Below the pieces are notes generated by a model. The model made no database searches, had not been told where the DNA came from, and saw only the letters and a program-made list of their open reading frames with translations. A stretch of 64,000 bases of DNA. Source: Octopus sinensis (Eukaryota). The position numbers were made by a program, and so were the translations under genes. Positions 26,730 to 39,312 of this stretch are shown piece after piece. How positions within the stretch are numbered: position 1 is the stretch's first letter; every line of letters starts with the position of its first letter. Where the stretch lies: NCBI RefSeq assembly GCF_006345805.1, contig NC_043010.1, positions 20,212,001-20,276,000 of the forward strand. The letters run 5' to 3'.

Positions 26730-28560
26730 ATGAAAAATAAAATTAATCAAATATATACATAACAATAATAACTGTTACTCCTTTCACTAATGGAAAAGCA
26801 AACTATGAATTTGTGAGGCAAGACAATACTCTCCCTTATCACAGAGAAGGACCAATCATCTGAGAAGTCACATTTGAATTTTTATAAATCTAGTTTAAAC
26901 AGAAAAAAAATGCTCCTTTTTTTTTGTAAGTTAGTTAGTTAGTTAATTTTTTGGCTCAAAAAGCAAAAAGCAAGGCCATGTAAGGGGACATGGAGTTATG
27001 TACAGGGTGGTGTTCATGTAAAGAGTTCAGGCCACTTGTGGTCAAGGGAGACTTTGAACCGAGCGGTTGTCGGCATCTTCATCATCTCGTTCGGCAGCTT
27101 ATTCCACGGATCCGCAACCCAGATGGAGAAAGCCCCTCTCCTTCGATTGAGATGAAATCGTCGCAGATAGAGCTTTTTGGAATTACCCCGCAGCCGACGC
27201 TCTGGAGCAGGAGTGAAGAACAGCTCTTTCGAGAGGTTACAATTTCCGCTTATGATGTTGTGAGCAAGAATGAGATCACCACGGCATCGTCGTTTTTCTA
27301 GAGAATAAAGGTCAAACGTCTTCAGCCTTTCTTCATAAGACAAATTCTTGAGACCAAGAACCATGCGAGTAGCCAGCTTCTGGACTCTTTCGAGATGCTG
27401 TATGTCTTTGAGGAGATAAGGAGAAGAGGCTTGAATCGCGTACTCCAATATGGGTCTCACCAGCGTGACATAGAGCGGTAGGAATATGGCTGCTGTGAGC
27501 ATCCCAAATGACCGTCGAATCAAGAACAGAACTCCGCGTGCTTTGTTGGCAGCTTGGACGCACTGGGCCGAAGGCGAAAAGGAGGAATCCACCAAGATAC
27601 CCAGGTCCTTTACCTGATCAGTCCTCTCCAGCAGCAGACGACCCGGCTCGAAATCAAATTGAGTTGCAGGAGGAGAGCCAACAGGCAGATGACAGCACTT
27701 TGACACATTCAGACACAGGTCCCATTCGTTAGACCATCTCCAAATTTGGTGGAGGCATTGACGAAGATCTTCTATATCACCGCGAGGAGTGACCAGTTTG
27801 ACATTGTCGGATAAACTCTAATCTAAGACATGTGGCTGATGCTGTTCTATTTGCCAAGAGCGAAAATAGATTACAAGAAGCAATAAATGGAGTTGATGAG
27901 GTATCAAATGAGCATGATCTTTATCTCGACTCTAAGGAAACAGAAGTCATGGCAGTCAGAAAAGAAAAAGTAAATGTTAACATCCAACGGGGAAGTGAGA
28001 GGCTCAAACAGGTTGAGTTGTACAAGTATCTTTGAGTCCAAATCTCTGATGAAATTGTAAGAAAGAGATTAGAAAATGGTTAGCCATGGCAAGAATGTCC
28101 ACGGAAATGACTAATAACATCTGGAGCAACAAAAGAATCCCCAACGAAGTTAAAAAAAACAAGGTTGATGCAAGCATTCATTTGGCCAAGTAGCTTTTAT
28201 AGTTGTGAAGCATGGACTCTGAACAAATTTGAAGACAATATGATCACAGTGCATCTGAAATGTGGGTGTATATGAGAATGTTACGAATCTCTTACAAGGA
28301 CCATTGGATAAATGAATTTGTGTTCCAACTAACAGGTGAATGACAACAACACCTGAACATTGTGAAAAATGAAAGCTCATCTGTTTTGGCCATATTTGAA
28401 GAAGCAAGGGTTTGGAAAACATTATCATGGAAAGAAGAGAAGAGGGCGGTGGATCAAACGGTAGACAAAGAACGCAATGAAAGGACAAGATTGGCAAGGC
28501 AGTTTGAGGACCGAGATTAATCAGAAAGACTCTCATTGTTGTGTCATCAGTGGGATGCAG
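26730..28560 (+). mobile_element. Old degenerate RTE (BovB-like) LINE relic interrupted by the CR1 fragment
   Basis: Decayed VRQ...LPY (about 26815), then ADAVLFAKSE.RLQ...VELYKYL (27832-28035), and downstream RTE-like motifs with many stops and frameshifts. Confidence 0.6.
26930..27812 (-). mobile_element. CR1-clade LINE 3' fragment
   Basis: SDNVKLV...WSNEW...KDLGILVDSS...RPILEY...LERVQKLATRMV.GLKNLSYEERL...LEKRR.RGDLI is a CR1-type RT C-terminus, followed by a short (AACT)n tail at about 26930-26945. Confidence 0.85.
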
Positions 28561-28654
28561 GTATTCAATACATGATGATGACAATCAACTTAGGTACAGA
28601 GATGGTGGCAGTGTTTAATGTTTTGAATTTGAATTTTCAAGTTAGAAATAAATT

Positions 28655-29063
28655 ATAAGCACAGGTGTGGATGTGTGGTAAGAAATTTGTTTCCCAGCCA
28701 CATGGTTCTGGGTTCAGTCCTGCTGCATGGCACCTTGAACAAGTGTCTTCTATATAGCCTCAGGCTAATCAAAGCCGTGTGAGTGGATTTGATACAAGGA
28801 AACTGAAAGAAGCTTGCTATGTATATATATTTATGTGTGTGTGTATCTTTGTGTTTGTTCCCACCACTGCTTGATATATGGTGTTGGTGTGTTTACGTCC
28901 TTGTAACTCAGTGGTTCAGCAAAAGGGACTAATAGAATAAGTACCAAGCTTAAAAAAAAAAAATTATCAACACTGGGATCAATTCATTCCCTAAAAAAAT
29001 TCTTCAAGGCAGTGCCCCAGCATGGCCACAGTGTAGTGAGTGAAACAAGTAAAAAGATAAAAG
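28655..29063 (+). mobile_element. S1 CORE-type SINE
   Basis: Head acaggtgtggatgtgtggtaag...ggttcagtcc, core caccttgaacaagtgtcttc, tail tgaaacaagtaaaaag. Further partial copies lie near 512, 1690, 8085, 8475, 9710, 10080, 37074, 41420 and 42255. Confidence 0.8.
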
Positions 29064-30282
29064 CTAAACTGGGGGAGAGAAATTTCTCTCCCTAGACCTG
29101 ACCCTATAATTATAGACTGAAAGATCTCTGCCATTCATTGTTCAAAGTGGCTTACTTCCTTTCTTCCTTGTAATTACAGATTTTTATGTTTTTCTAAAAT
29201 GTTATCTAGAACGACAGGATTTCTCAGAAGTTACCCGACACTGGTGCTAATTGTTCTTCTCCCTGTCGGCATTAACATAGTTGTTGTTGTTGTTGTTGCT
29301 GTCATTGTCATCACAGCAGCAGCCATTGTTGTCAGTTTTGTTGCCACCACCACAAGATTCCTATCTTTGACAACTCCACTAGGTTGGTCAACACAATATA
29401 CCTTGACATCTAATACTGATTCTAAGCCCCACCCCGCCCCCTGGAATTTTCTTTATTTACTGTTTAGCATTACTCCAGTATGGCCAGAGCCAACTTGGCA
29501 CAGCCAGCTAATCAGATTAAAATTTCACATCCTGTTGTCGGGGTTTTATTGTGTCACTAGCAACTACATTTAACTTTCAACAGCCCAGTCCACCTAGCTG
29601 TAATAGGTACCACAGTTTGCAATGGCTCTGTGGGAAAGACATTTAAGATAATATGGTACTAGATACATCATGCCTGGAAGCAAAAAGTCTAGATGGTCAC
29701 CATTGGAATACCCTTGATTATCAATCTGCTTGATCAGGGCTGACTGGGTGCTAAACATCAACAAAAAGCAGGAAACATTAGTCTTTGATTAAACGATGGG
29801 ATGGTCACTATTGGAATGTTGTTGATCATAGGATCAGTTGGATTTGCACTGACATGAGATTATTAAACAACAACCACAGCAGTAGCAACGGCCGTCCAAG
29901 AATTTGGACCTGGAGATCTCCATTTCCAGCGACTTTGAGGGCCACCTCCCAGTGGTGTCAGGCATCATTGAAGAGCCCTCGACTACAACAAGACGACCAA
30001 AGTTTTTTTTTCCAAGGTCTGGGGTCTCCCGCCCCTAAGCCCTAGACCATCACCTAATCACCCTTACCTGTCTTGTTGCTTAACAACAACAACAACAGCA
30101 GCAGCAGTAACACAGCTTCCTCAAATCATACTTGCCATCTTTTAAATAGGAAGGACACATTGAAGTGCCCCCCCCCCCTCACCAGAACGATCCTTAGTGA
30201 AATGTTTTTGATCATAGATTAAGATTGATCAGGGCTGATCTGTGCTTAAATGGCAACAGCAATAACAGAAACAACAACATCA

Positions 30283-30842
30283 GTGGAGGCGTAATGGCCC
30301 AGTGGTTAGGGCAGCGGACTCGTGGTCAGAGGATTGTGGTTTCCATTCCCAGACCGGGCGTTGTGTGTGTTTATTGAGCGAAAACACCTAAAACTCCATG
30401 AGGCTCCGGCAGGGGGTGGTTGTGACCCCTGTTGTACTCTTTTGCCCCAACTTCCTCTCACTCTTTCTTCCTGTTTCTTGTCCCTGACTTCCTATGCAAC
30501 TGCTGAGCCTGGATGCGCATTCATCCATCCGTTGATGCTCTTGATGTCGGGGGTTGACCTGCTTTCTCTTCTGCGGGTCTTACGAATAGCAAAGGACCAC
30601 GTTTCGGACTTCTCCCAAACACTCAACAAACAAACAAACAGCAACAACATCAGTGGAGGCACAATGGCTCAGTGGTTAGGGCAGTGGACTCGCAGTCGTA
30701 AGAACGCGGTTTCGATTCCCAGACCGGGCATTGTGAGTGTTTATTGAGCAAAAACACCTAACCTCCACAAGGCTCCGGCGGGGATGGTGGTGAATACCGT
30801 TGTACTCTTTCACCACAATTTTCCCCTACTCTTTCTTCCTAC
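30283..30842 (+). mobile_element. Two adjacent copies of another tRNA-headed SINE (30283-30500 and 30652-30842). Related heads at 36804 and 63035
   Basis: gtggaggc...tggc(c/t)cagtggttagggcag...gtttc(c/g)attcccagaccgggc is duplicated. Confidence 0.65.
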
Positions 30843-31929
30843 TTCTGCCACAATGCAGGGGAACCATGGTGTAACCCACTATGGTGTGGTAAACTTTCAG
30901 ACCCTAGTCTAGATTGCGAATCCCCTGTACCCCAGGATGGTTCAGCTCTCCACCCGTTAAAAGCCACCGTTTACGGAATGAGGATAACAACCGCCAGTCT
31001 ATCACGTGTGGTGGGTGGATCTTCAAGTTGCCGCACGCATTCTTAGCAGCTTTGTGTAGGCTGGAATTAGAGATTATTCTTTGTGGCTAATGGTGTGAGT
31101 CTTGATTGGAAGAAGAAGAAGAAGACAACATCACGAGCAATAAATGGTCATTACTTTTCACAAGTTTCACACCAGCCTGTATTGTTTATCCCTTGAAGGA
31201 CGTGTGTGTGTGTGTGTGTGTGTGTGTATGATGAACTTCTTTCAGTTTCTGCTTAACAATCCATTCACAAGCTTCAAATGCTTTTGTTGGAGTTATCTCC
31301 CTTATTGCTTTTAGATTTTTTTAAATACTCAAAGGGGGAGATTTCATCTGCTGATTTGTTTTGGTATGAAGAGTAGGGGCTGAAACCTGACGTGGTTCCT
31401 CCTGATGATGTCTTGAGCTAACTGGATCCTATAAAGGAGCTGTTGTGGTAGCAGACCACGAAACACGCTTGAAATTCCTCCATGGCTTGAAGATTTTCAA
31501 CTTATTTTTTACGTGTTTGAGAGAGCATACTGCATTCGTAATAAGTATACAAAGAGCTACTTTGTGGTGCTTTCTGCATTCTGTATCAAGAAATAAAAAC
31601 TGCTTTCTTTTTAGCCAAATGAACTAATGACTAGTGGTTGGCAGTAGGAAGGGCATCCAGTCAAAGAAACCATGCCAGGCATCAGAGCTTGGTGCAGTTC
31701 TACCATCTGTCAGATCCTGTTGAACAGTTTAACCCAAGCCAGTATGGAAGATGGATGTTAAACAATGATGATAATGATAATACGGTTGTACACTGTCAAC
31801 CTAACATGACAGTCCCATAAAGGGAATCACACCACCGCTATTTAGCCCTAGGAAGCATCGATGCTTCCTGTCGGCTTTGACACATTTCCTGTGTCCTTAT
31901 ATTTTTGAAGGGGAGACAAGGACTCCCAA

Positions 31930-32010
31930 CAGCTAGGCCAGCATCTAGAGACATGCATGTTTCTGAGTCTTTGCTCATCATCAGTCTGGAGTAGCTTGGC
32001 CTGCTAGCTG
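31930..32010 (-). ncRNA. Type I hammerhead ribozyme candidate
   Basis: CUCCAGA-CUGAUGA-UGAG(CAAAGA)CUCA-GAAA-CAUGCAU-GUC-UCUAGA contains the full core, a 4-bp stem II, a palindromic stem III, and a bulged stem I extended by AGGCCA/UGGCCU and CAGCU/AGCUG. Confidence 0.6.
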
Positions 32011-32342
32011 AAGATGCCTGTAAAGCCTTTGCAAATATATATATTTTCAGTGAAGTTTATTCACTGATCACCAAAATTTTGATAATGATAACGATGATGA
32101 GGAATTAGTAGAATGGTAAATATCACACTATCACCCCTCTGTAAATCAGTTTATTTTTGTATTTCGCCTCAAAACTGGTAAATTTTAGCCATTTGAATAA
32201 ACTTGCCTAGTTATGGGAAGATGAGAGCTTAACACGTCAAATAGTAAAACTTTCTCCTGTGAAACTGTTTTAAATTTCTCTTTTTAAAAAGGGAAAAAAT
32301 TTCAAAATGTCTATATTCTTGTCTCAACTATGGTATACCCTT

Positions 32343-32526
32343 TTAACCTTTCAGCATTAAAACTACTCTGTCAAATCTAATGCTTATTTATTTGCATTGT
32401 TTTGAAATTAACATGCATTGTCTTGTAGCTTCAAGATTTCAATGACATGACTGTTTAGTTTTAGAATGACATTGTAGGGTAAGTGTGAGAGGCTGGATCT
32501 GGACAGTTTAAATGTTACAGGGTTAA
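32343..32526. mobile_element. TTAA-flanked MITE family (related copies at about 45720-45942 and 32920-33070)
   Basis: TTAACCTTTCAGCATT ... AATGTTACAGGGTTAA, with internal sequence shared among copies. Confidence 0.55.
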
Positions 32527-33095
32527 TCATACAAATAACTTTATTGAATAATTTTCATTGCCACAGATTTTGGCTTTTTTAACTTGCCGTGAGTGGAAAT
32601 TCATAGAAAGCTAATATCTTACTGACAAAGCAATTAACTGTCTGCCTAGCTCCACTCATTTGCATAACAATTAACTTAATTGTTTTGACAAGAGAAAACA
32701 TGCTAAGTTTACTGAAAGAAAAACAAACGAACCCAAAACAAAATATAATCAATTCAGATTGCTTCCCCAAAACAAATTAACTGAGTTGTCAGACGATCAA
32801 GTATATGATGCTTTGCAGTATCTGTTACGGTGGTCTACAACCTCAGTTCAAATCCAGCTGAGGCTAGCTCTGCATTTGGTTATTTTTTGGTATGGATAAA
32901 TAAAGCTTGAACCATTGAGCATTCAAACCGGTCACTGGCCTAAATATTCTCCCTGGTTTTTTAAATTCAAACTGACTGTATCTGACCTCTCACACCTAAC
33001 CTGTAATGTCATTCTGGAAATAAACAGACACATCATCGAAATCTAAAAGCAACGAGAAAATGCACAATGAGAATGACCGAGAATTATATTTGAGA

Positions 33096-33151
<56 letters not shown>

Positions 33152-35206
33152 GTCGTCGTCGTCGTCGTTTAACGTCCGTTTTCTATGCTGGTATGAGTTG
33201 GATGGTTCGACCGGGGTCTGGGAAACCAGAAGGCTGCACCAGGCTCCAGTCTTGATCTGGCAGTGTTTCTACAGCTGGATGCCCTTCCTAATGCCAACCT
33301 CTCCGTGAGTGTAGTGGGTGCTTTTTACATGCCACTGACACAGGAGCCAGTTACAGGGCACTGGCATCGACCCCGTTCAGATACTTTTTACATGCTACCG
33401 GCACAAGAGCCAGTTGGGGTGGGGTGTGTGTGTGTGTGTATGGGGATGTGTGTGTGTGGGGGGTGGTGCTGGCATCGACCATGTTCGGATCAGCCACAAC
33501 TACAATTCCATTTGATTGTAGTTTGATTTGATTTTGATTTTACATGACTCAAAGGAAGTGGGGTCCCCTCAAGCATGGAAAGTCGCCCAAGAATGCTAAA
33601 GGCTTAATCAGGTTGGAGGTTTGATTCTGATCTCTCCCTCTCTCTTTCTCTCAGAGTCCGTAATGCTGCTCTATGGGATGGTCATGTAGTCTATCTCAAC
33701 TATCTTGTTGACACCAGAAGTACACATTCTTAATGAATTTCAAACCACTGACAGCTGACAATCCAGATATGCCAGCCCAGACCTAGCTGCTCCCCCTCCA
33801 TTCCACTTCATAAAAGTTGGGTATTTAATCCTTGCTGCACACTATGACTCACCCATGTTGATCACCCAACATCAATTGTATCCCAATGCCATCAGATCTG
33901 CTTGCTCCATGTAAGCACTGCTACCCCTAATCTGTTAATACTCTGTTGACTGCCAACCAAACAACTGATTCACACGAATACCTCATCCTACCATTGCAGA
34001 GCCCAATATAAAAACCCGATGTTGCTGGATACAGTAGACTGCAGTCAACATCTTGTCTCAGCATATGGGCCTAAGAATAAAGAAAAACAGATGGTGTTGC
34101 TTTCACCACATTACTGCTATGTAACCTGAGTTGACCAACAGAGGCTTAATACCTGGAAGCCATCTCGGATTTGTCTTAACTCAGTTTTCACCTAACATCT
34201 GATGAGGTGGGTGTGTCCTACACACCCACACAACTTTAAGTCATGTGGAGCTGAGTCAGGGTGTCATTTACAGGGTGTCCTTTTGAGCATTGGGCCTCAT
34301 GGAAGCAAAATGGCTGAGCTCCTTTCGAGTGTTGGGCCTCATGGAGGCAATGACCAAGATCTTTGGCATTATGTCATGCTTGAGAAGAAGACCCATCAAG
34401 CTGAGAAAAATCACATTCATGGTAGATACTGGTGTCATGCAAATGGCACCCATGCAGGTGGCATGTAAAAGCACCCATTACACTCTCAGAGTGGTTGACA
34501 TTACGAAGTGCATTCAGCCATAGAAAACCATGCCAAATCAGACTGGAGTCTGGTGCAGCCTTCCAGCTGGCCAGCCCTGGTCAAACTGTCCAACCCATGC
34601 CAGCATGGACAACACATGTTAAATGATGATGATGATGATGATACATACATACATACATATGAGAAAGCTAATTTGAAGACTACAGATCCAATCCATCACT
34701 GGAACTGTAAAAATCTGTAAAACTTTCCAGAAGTTTATCATTTAAATATATATGAGCATGTCTAGATATGCAACTATATGCATAAGAATACATACATAAA
34801 ACAAAACATACAAATCTGCACATATACACACATACATACATACAAACAAAACTATCTCGTTGTTGATATTGAAATTCCAATGAAGGAGCCTTGAATCTAG
34901 GTAAGAAACCGGTTCTTTCTCTATTGGCAAGAAAACTTGAAATAAAACGAAACAATGACATACATACACACATTTATACACACACACACACACATCAAAA
35001 CAGGAGATCGAAAAATACTTTTGGTATTTTTTCCACCATTACATGTGTTTCATTTGCTAATAGGAGTTACAATATTGTACATGTAGGAGAATCATGCAAG
35101 ATATCTTTCATTAGAAGTTCTCCAGACAGAGACTCCAATAATCATATAGTATATATATCTATACAGTGGTAAGGGACTCTCTAAGGAGCTGAACAGCAGA
35201 AGGTCT

Positions 35207-35380
35207 TCAGAGAAGAAACCCCTCCTCAGGCAAGTGTCTTGGCTCATAACTTTTGATTTTAAAAATTCCGTATTTACCAACTATCTCCTTTTGTATTACT
35301 TTATCAGGTTCAACTCTTTCGATGTCAAACCAACCTGAGACGGATCCTAATTTTATGATACAGTCTTGTGTTAAAGGGAT
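35207..35380 (-). CDS. Candidate downstream exon of the ARM/TIR gene (IPLTQDCIIKLGSVSGWFDIERVEPDKVIQKEIVG...)
   Basis: Strong T-rich acceptor ttttcattcag|ATC, open only in phase 0, which is compatible with exon D. Possible donor G|gtaaat at 35278, or read-through to the stop at 35207. Resemblance to TIR is weak. Confidence 0.35.
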   Translation of the reverse strand: MPLTQDCIIKLGSVSGWFDIERVEPDKVIQKEIVGKYGIFKIKSYEPRHLPEEGFLL

Positions 35381-35728
35381 CTGAATGAAAAAAAAACAAA
35401 ACAAAAGAAACAAAAAAAAATTCCATCAAAATTTGGATTCCAAACACCAGATTAGATATCTTGCAAACAACTTGCACATGCAAGTGCTACCGGTTAAAAG
35501 CTCCGTATATCGGAAGCTAGCAAGTGTATGGAGTCATCAGGAGAGAATGCGCGCCGTTTCGGGGCCTACCTCTCGACGGCATCAATGCGCACCGGCCCCC
35601 CTCACTGATATGAGGCCCCGCTTGCTAGATCAGCTGGTTATGAAGAACTCAATATACTTCTAGCCATCGCTCATCGTCTCTTTTTAACCAAATCCAGTGG
35701 CTAGCCTATTTTTTACATTATTGCCTGT

Positions 35729-35995
35729 GGACTTATGGTGTGGTGGTTAAGAGCGTGGGCTACTAACCCCAAGATTCCGAGTTCAATTACAAGCAATGAC
35801 CTGAATAATAATAATATTAATAATAATAATAACATCAAAAAATACCTTAGGAATGAGAACCCAGGTTCAAAATTTCCCCAAGACACCTGATGAAGGCTGA
35901 AGGGTATACCAGCTGAAATGAAACGTGTTAACAACAACCAAGATGAGAACAAATATCCATCAAATGTAAATAATTCCTCATCTCTTAAATATAGA
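35729..35995 (+). mobile_element. tRNA-headed SINE with (AAT)n linker and hammerhead-like tail (uninterrupted copy)
   Basis: Head tggtgtggtggttaagagcg...gagttcaattac, then (AAT)n, then gacacCTGATGAaggctg...cagctGAAA. Confidence 0.7.
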
Positions 35996-37577
35996 GCTAA
36001 AAGTCACTATTGTTGTCATCATCATCATCATCACCATCGTCATCGTCACCATTATCGACATTGTTGTCATCATTGTCACGTGGGTCACATGAAATTATGC
36101 CAGAACAGAGAACACAATTGCTATGTACATTTCCTGTTACCAATTCACCCCCAGGCACCCCACCCCACTTGTTTTCAAATGAGCTAATTATTATGTGCAG
36201 GAATGAAAGCAGATGATTGACACTGCGTGAATGAGCCATTTGTTTAGAAAGACAGCATGACATGCTGAGACGTGTCGAGAAACTGGGACGTACTTTCATG
36301 CTGGATGGTGAACAAGTAATACTATCGACAAGGCTACAGTTTACAAACGGTTGAAGGTATGTATAAACAGGGAAAATGGAAATTCCCTTACACACGCACA
36401 TGCACATACACAGACACACACACACACACATAGCATGTTACTAAAGTAATAGTGATTATCATCAATGTGATGTGGGTTTGGTTGTAACATGGTGTGTCAT
36501 CCTCATCATCATCATCGTTCAACACCCGCTTTCCATGCTGGTATGGGTTGGACGGTTTGACTGTGGGCTGGCATGCCAGGATGCCTCACCAGGCTCCAAT
36601 CTGACCTGGCAAGGTTTTTCTACAGTTGGATGCCCTTCCTAATGCCAACTATTCTGAGAGTGTGGTGGGTGCTTTCTACATACCACTGGCACAGAAGCCA
36701 GTCTGGTGGTTCTGGCATTGGCCATGTTCAGATGGTGCTTTTTTACGTGCTACAGGCACAGGAGCCAGTTGGGGCAGGTGGGGAGGGAGTGTTCTGTGAT
36801 TCGTGGAGGCATGTGGCTCAGTGGTTAGGGTGTTGGACTCATGATCGTAAGATTGCAGTTTCAATTCCTGGACTGGGTGATGCATTGTGCTGTTGAACAA
36901 AAGACTCCATTTCATGTTGCTCCGGTCCACTCTTGCTGACAAAAATGAGTGACCCTGTGAAAGACCAATGTCCAGTCCAGGTTGGGGACTTTATACACCA
37001 CTGAAACTGGGAAACTGGCCCTTATGAGCCTGGAATGGCTCAAGAAGGAAACATTTCTTCTTCCTGTTTTCTAGGTTCAATCCCACTGCATGCTAACTCG
37101 AGGAAGTGTCTTCTACTATGGCGTTGGGTTGACTAAAGCATTGTGAATGAATCTGGTAGACAGAAACTTAAAGAAGCCTGTCATGTGTGCCTGTGTTCCT
37201 TTGTGTCTATGTTTGTTCCCCCACTACTGCATTACAACCGGCATTGGTGTGTTTACATCCCTGTAGCTTAGCAGTTCAGCAAAAGAAACTGATAGAATAA
37301 GTACCAAGCTTAAAAAAATATAAAAGTACTGGCATTGATTTATTTGACAAAAATTCCTCAAGGCAGTGCCCCAGCATAGCCACAGTCTAATGACTGAAAC
37401 CAGTAGAAGAGAGGGATAAAAGATATATATATATATATATATATACTCTTTATCTTTTATTAAACTTTTAATACTTTTGATATTTATATAAAAAAAAAAT
37501 TAATAAATAAATAAATTAATAAATAAATAAAATAATATATAAATATAAAAATATACATACATATATATATATATATA

Positions 37578-39312
37578 TCATCATCATCATCATCATCATC
37601 ATCATTTAACGTCCACTTTCCATGCTAGCATGGGTTGGACGGTTCAACTGGGGTCTGGGGAGCCCGAAAGCTGCACCAGTCCAGTCAGATCTGGCAGTGT
37701 TTCTACAGCTGGATACCCTTCCTAACGCCAACCACTCCGAGAGTGTAGTGGGTGATTTTATGTGCCACCGACACAGGTGCCAGACGAGGCTGGCAAACGG
37801 CCACGCTCGGATGGTGTTTTTTTTTATGTGCCACCGACACAGGTGCCAGACGAGGCTGGCAGACGGCCACGCTCGGATGGTGTTTTTATGTGCCACCGAC
37901 ACAGGTGCCAGATGAGGCTGGCAAACGGCCACGATCGGATGGTGTTTGTTACGTGCCCACAGCACGGAGGCCAGTCGATGCGGTACTGGCTACGGCCACG
38001 TTCGGATGGTTTTCTTGTGTGCCACGTGCCACCGGCACTGGTACCACAAAGATACAAATTCCATTGATGTTCATCTATTTTGATTTGTTTTGATTTTCAC
38101 TTGCCTCACAGGTCTTCACAAGTGTCACAAGAAGGAAGGTATGCACAGGTGGACTGACTACGTCCCAGGTAGGGGCCACAGGTTATGGCCTGACTAGTCT
38201 TGCCGGGTCTTCGGATGGTGTTTTTATGTGCCACCGACACAGGTGCCAGATGAGGCTGGCGAACGGCCACGATCGGATGGTGTTTGTTACGTGCCCACAG
38301 CACGGAGGCCAGTCAGTGCGGTACTGGCTACGGCCACGTTCGGATGGTTTTCTTGTGTGCCACCGGCACTGGTACCACAAAGATACAATTCCATTAATGT
38401 TCATCTATTTTGATTTATTTGATTTGATTTGATTTGATTTGTTTTGATTTCATTTTGATTTTGATTTTCACTTGCCTCAACAGGCCTTCACAAGTATCAC
38501 AAGGAGGAAGGTATGCACAGGTGGACTGACTACGTCCCAGGTAGGGGCCATGGATATGGCCTGACTAGTCTTGCCGGGTCTTCGGATGGTGTTTTTATGT
38601 GCCACCGACACAGGTGCTAGATGAGGCTGGCGAACGGCCACGATCGGATGGTGTTTGTTATGTGCCCACAGCACGATGGCCAGTCGATGCGGTACTGACT
38701 ACGGCCACGTTCGGATGGATTTCTTGTGTGCCACAGGCACTGCTACCACAAAGATACAATTCCATTGATGTCATCTATTTTGATTTGATTTTGATTTTCA
38801 CTTGCCTCAACAGGTCTTCACAAGTGTCACAAGAAGGAAGGTATGCACAGGTGGACTGACTAGTCTTGCCGAGTCTTCGGAAGGTGTTTTTATGTGCCAC
38901 CGACACAGGTGCCAGATGAGGCTGGCGAACGGCCATGATCGGATGGTGTTTGTTACGTGCCCACAGCACGGAGGCCGGTCGATGCGGAACTGGCTACGGC
39001 CACGTTCGGATGGTTCTCTTGTGTGCCACCGGCACTGGTACCACAAAGATACAGATTCCATTGATGTTCATCTATTTTGATTTGTTTTGATTTTGATTTT
39101 GATTTTCACTTGCCTCAACAGGTCTTCACAAGTGTCACATGAAGGAAGGTATGCACAGGTGGACTGACTACGTCCCAGGTAGGGGCCATGGGTTATGGCC
39201 TGACTAGTCTTGCCGGGTCTTCGGATGGTGTTTTTATGTGCCACCGACACAGGTGCTAGATGAGGCTGGCGAACGGCCACGATCGGATGGTGTTTGTCAT
39301 GCGCCCACAGCA
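37578..39312 (-). mobile_element. Same non-autonomous family with a tandem array of 295-371-bp units
   Basis: Near-identical to 7153-8080. Unit anchors (tgccg(g/a)gtcttcgga) at 38201, 38572, 38867 and 39211. Confidence 0.85.

Noticed and set aside
31330-31600. Segments loosely resembling central TIR motifs (LQAM..., QYAL)
   Set aside because: They lie in different frames separated by stops, and the similarity is too weak.
36201-36356. Plus-strand AG...GT segment with a strong donor (AAG|gtatgt)
   Set aside because: All three frames contain stops from that acceptor, and no partner exons were found.
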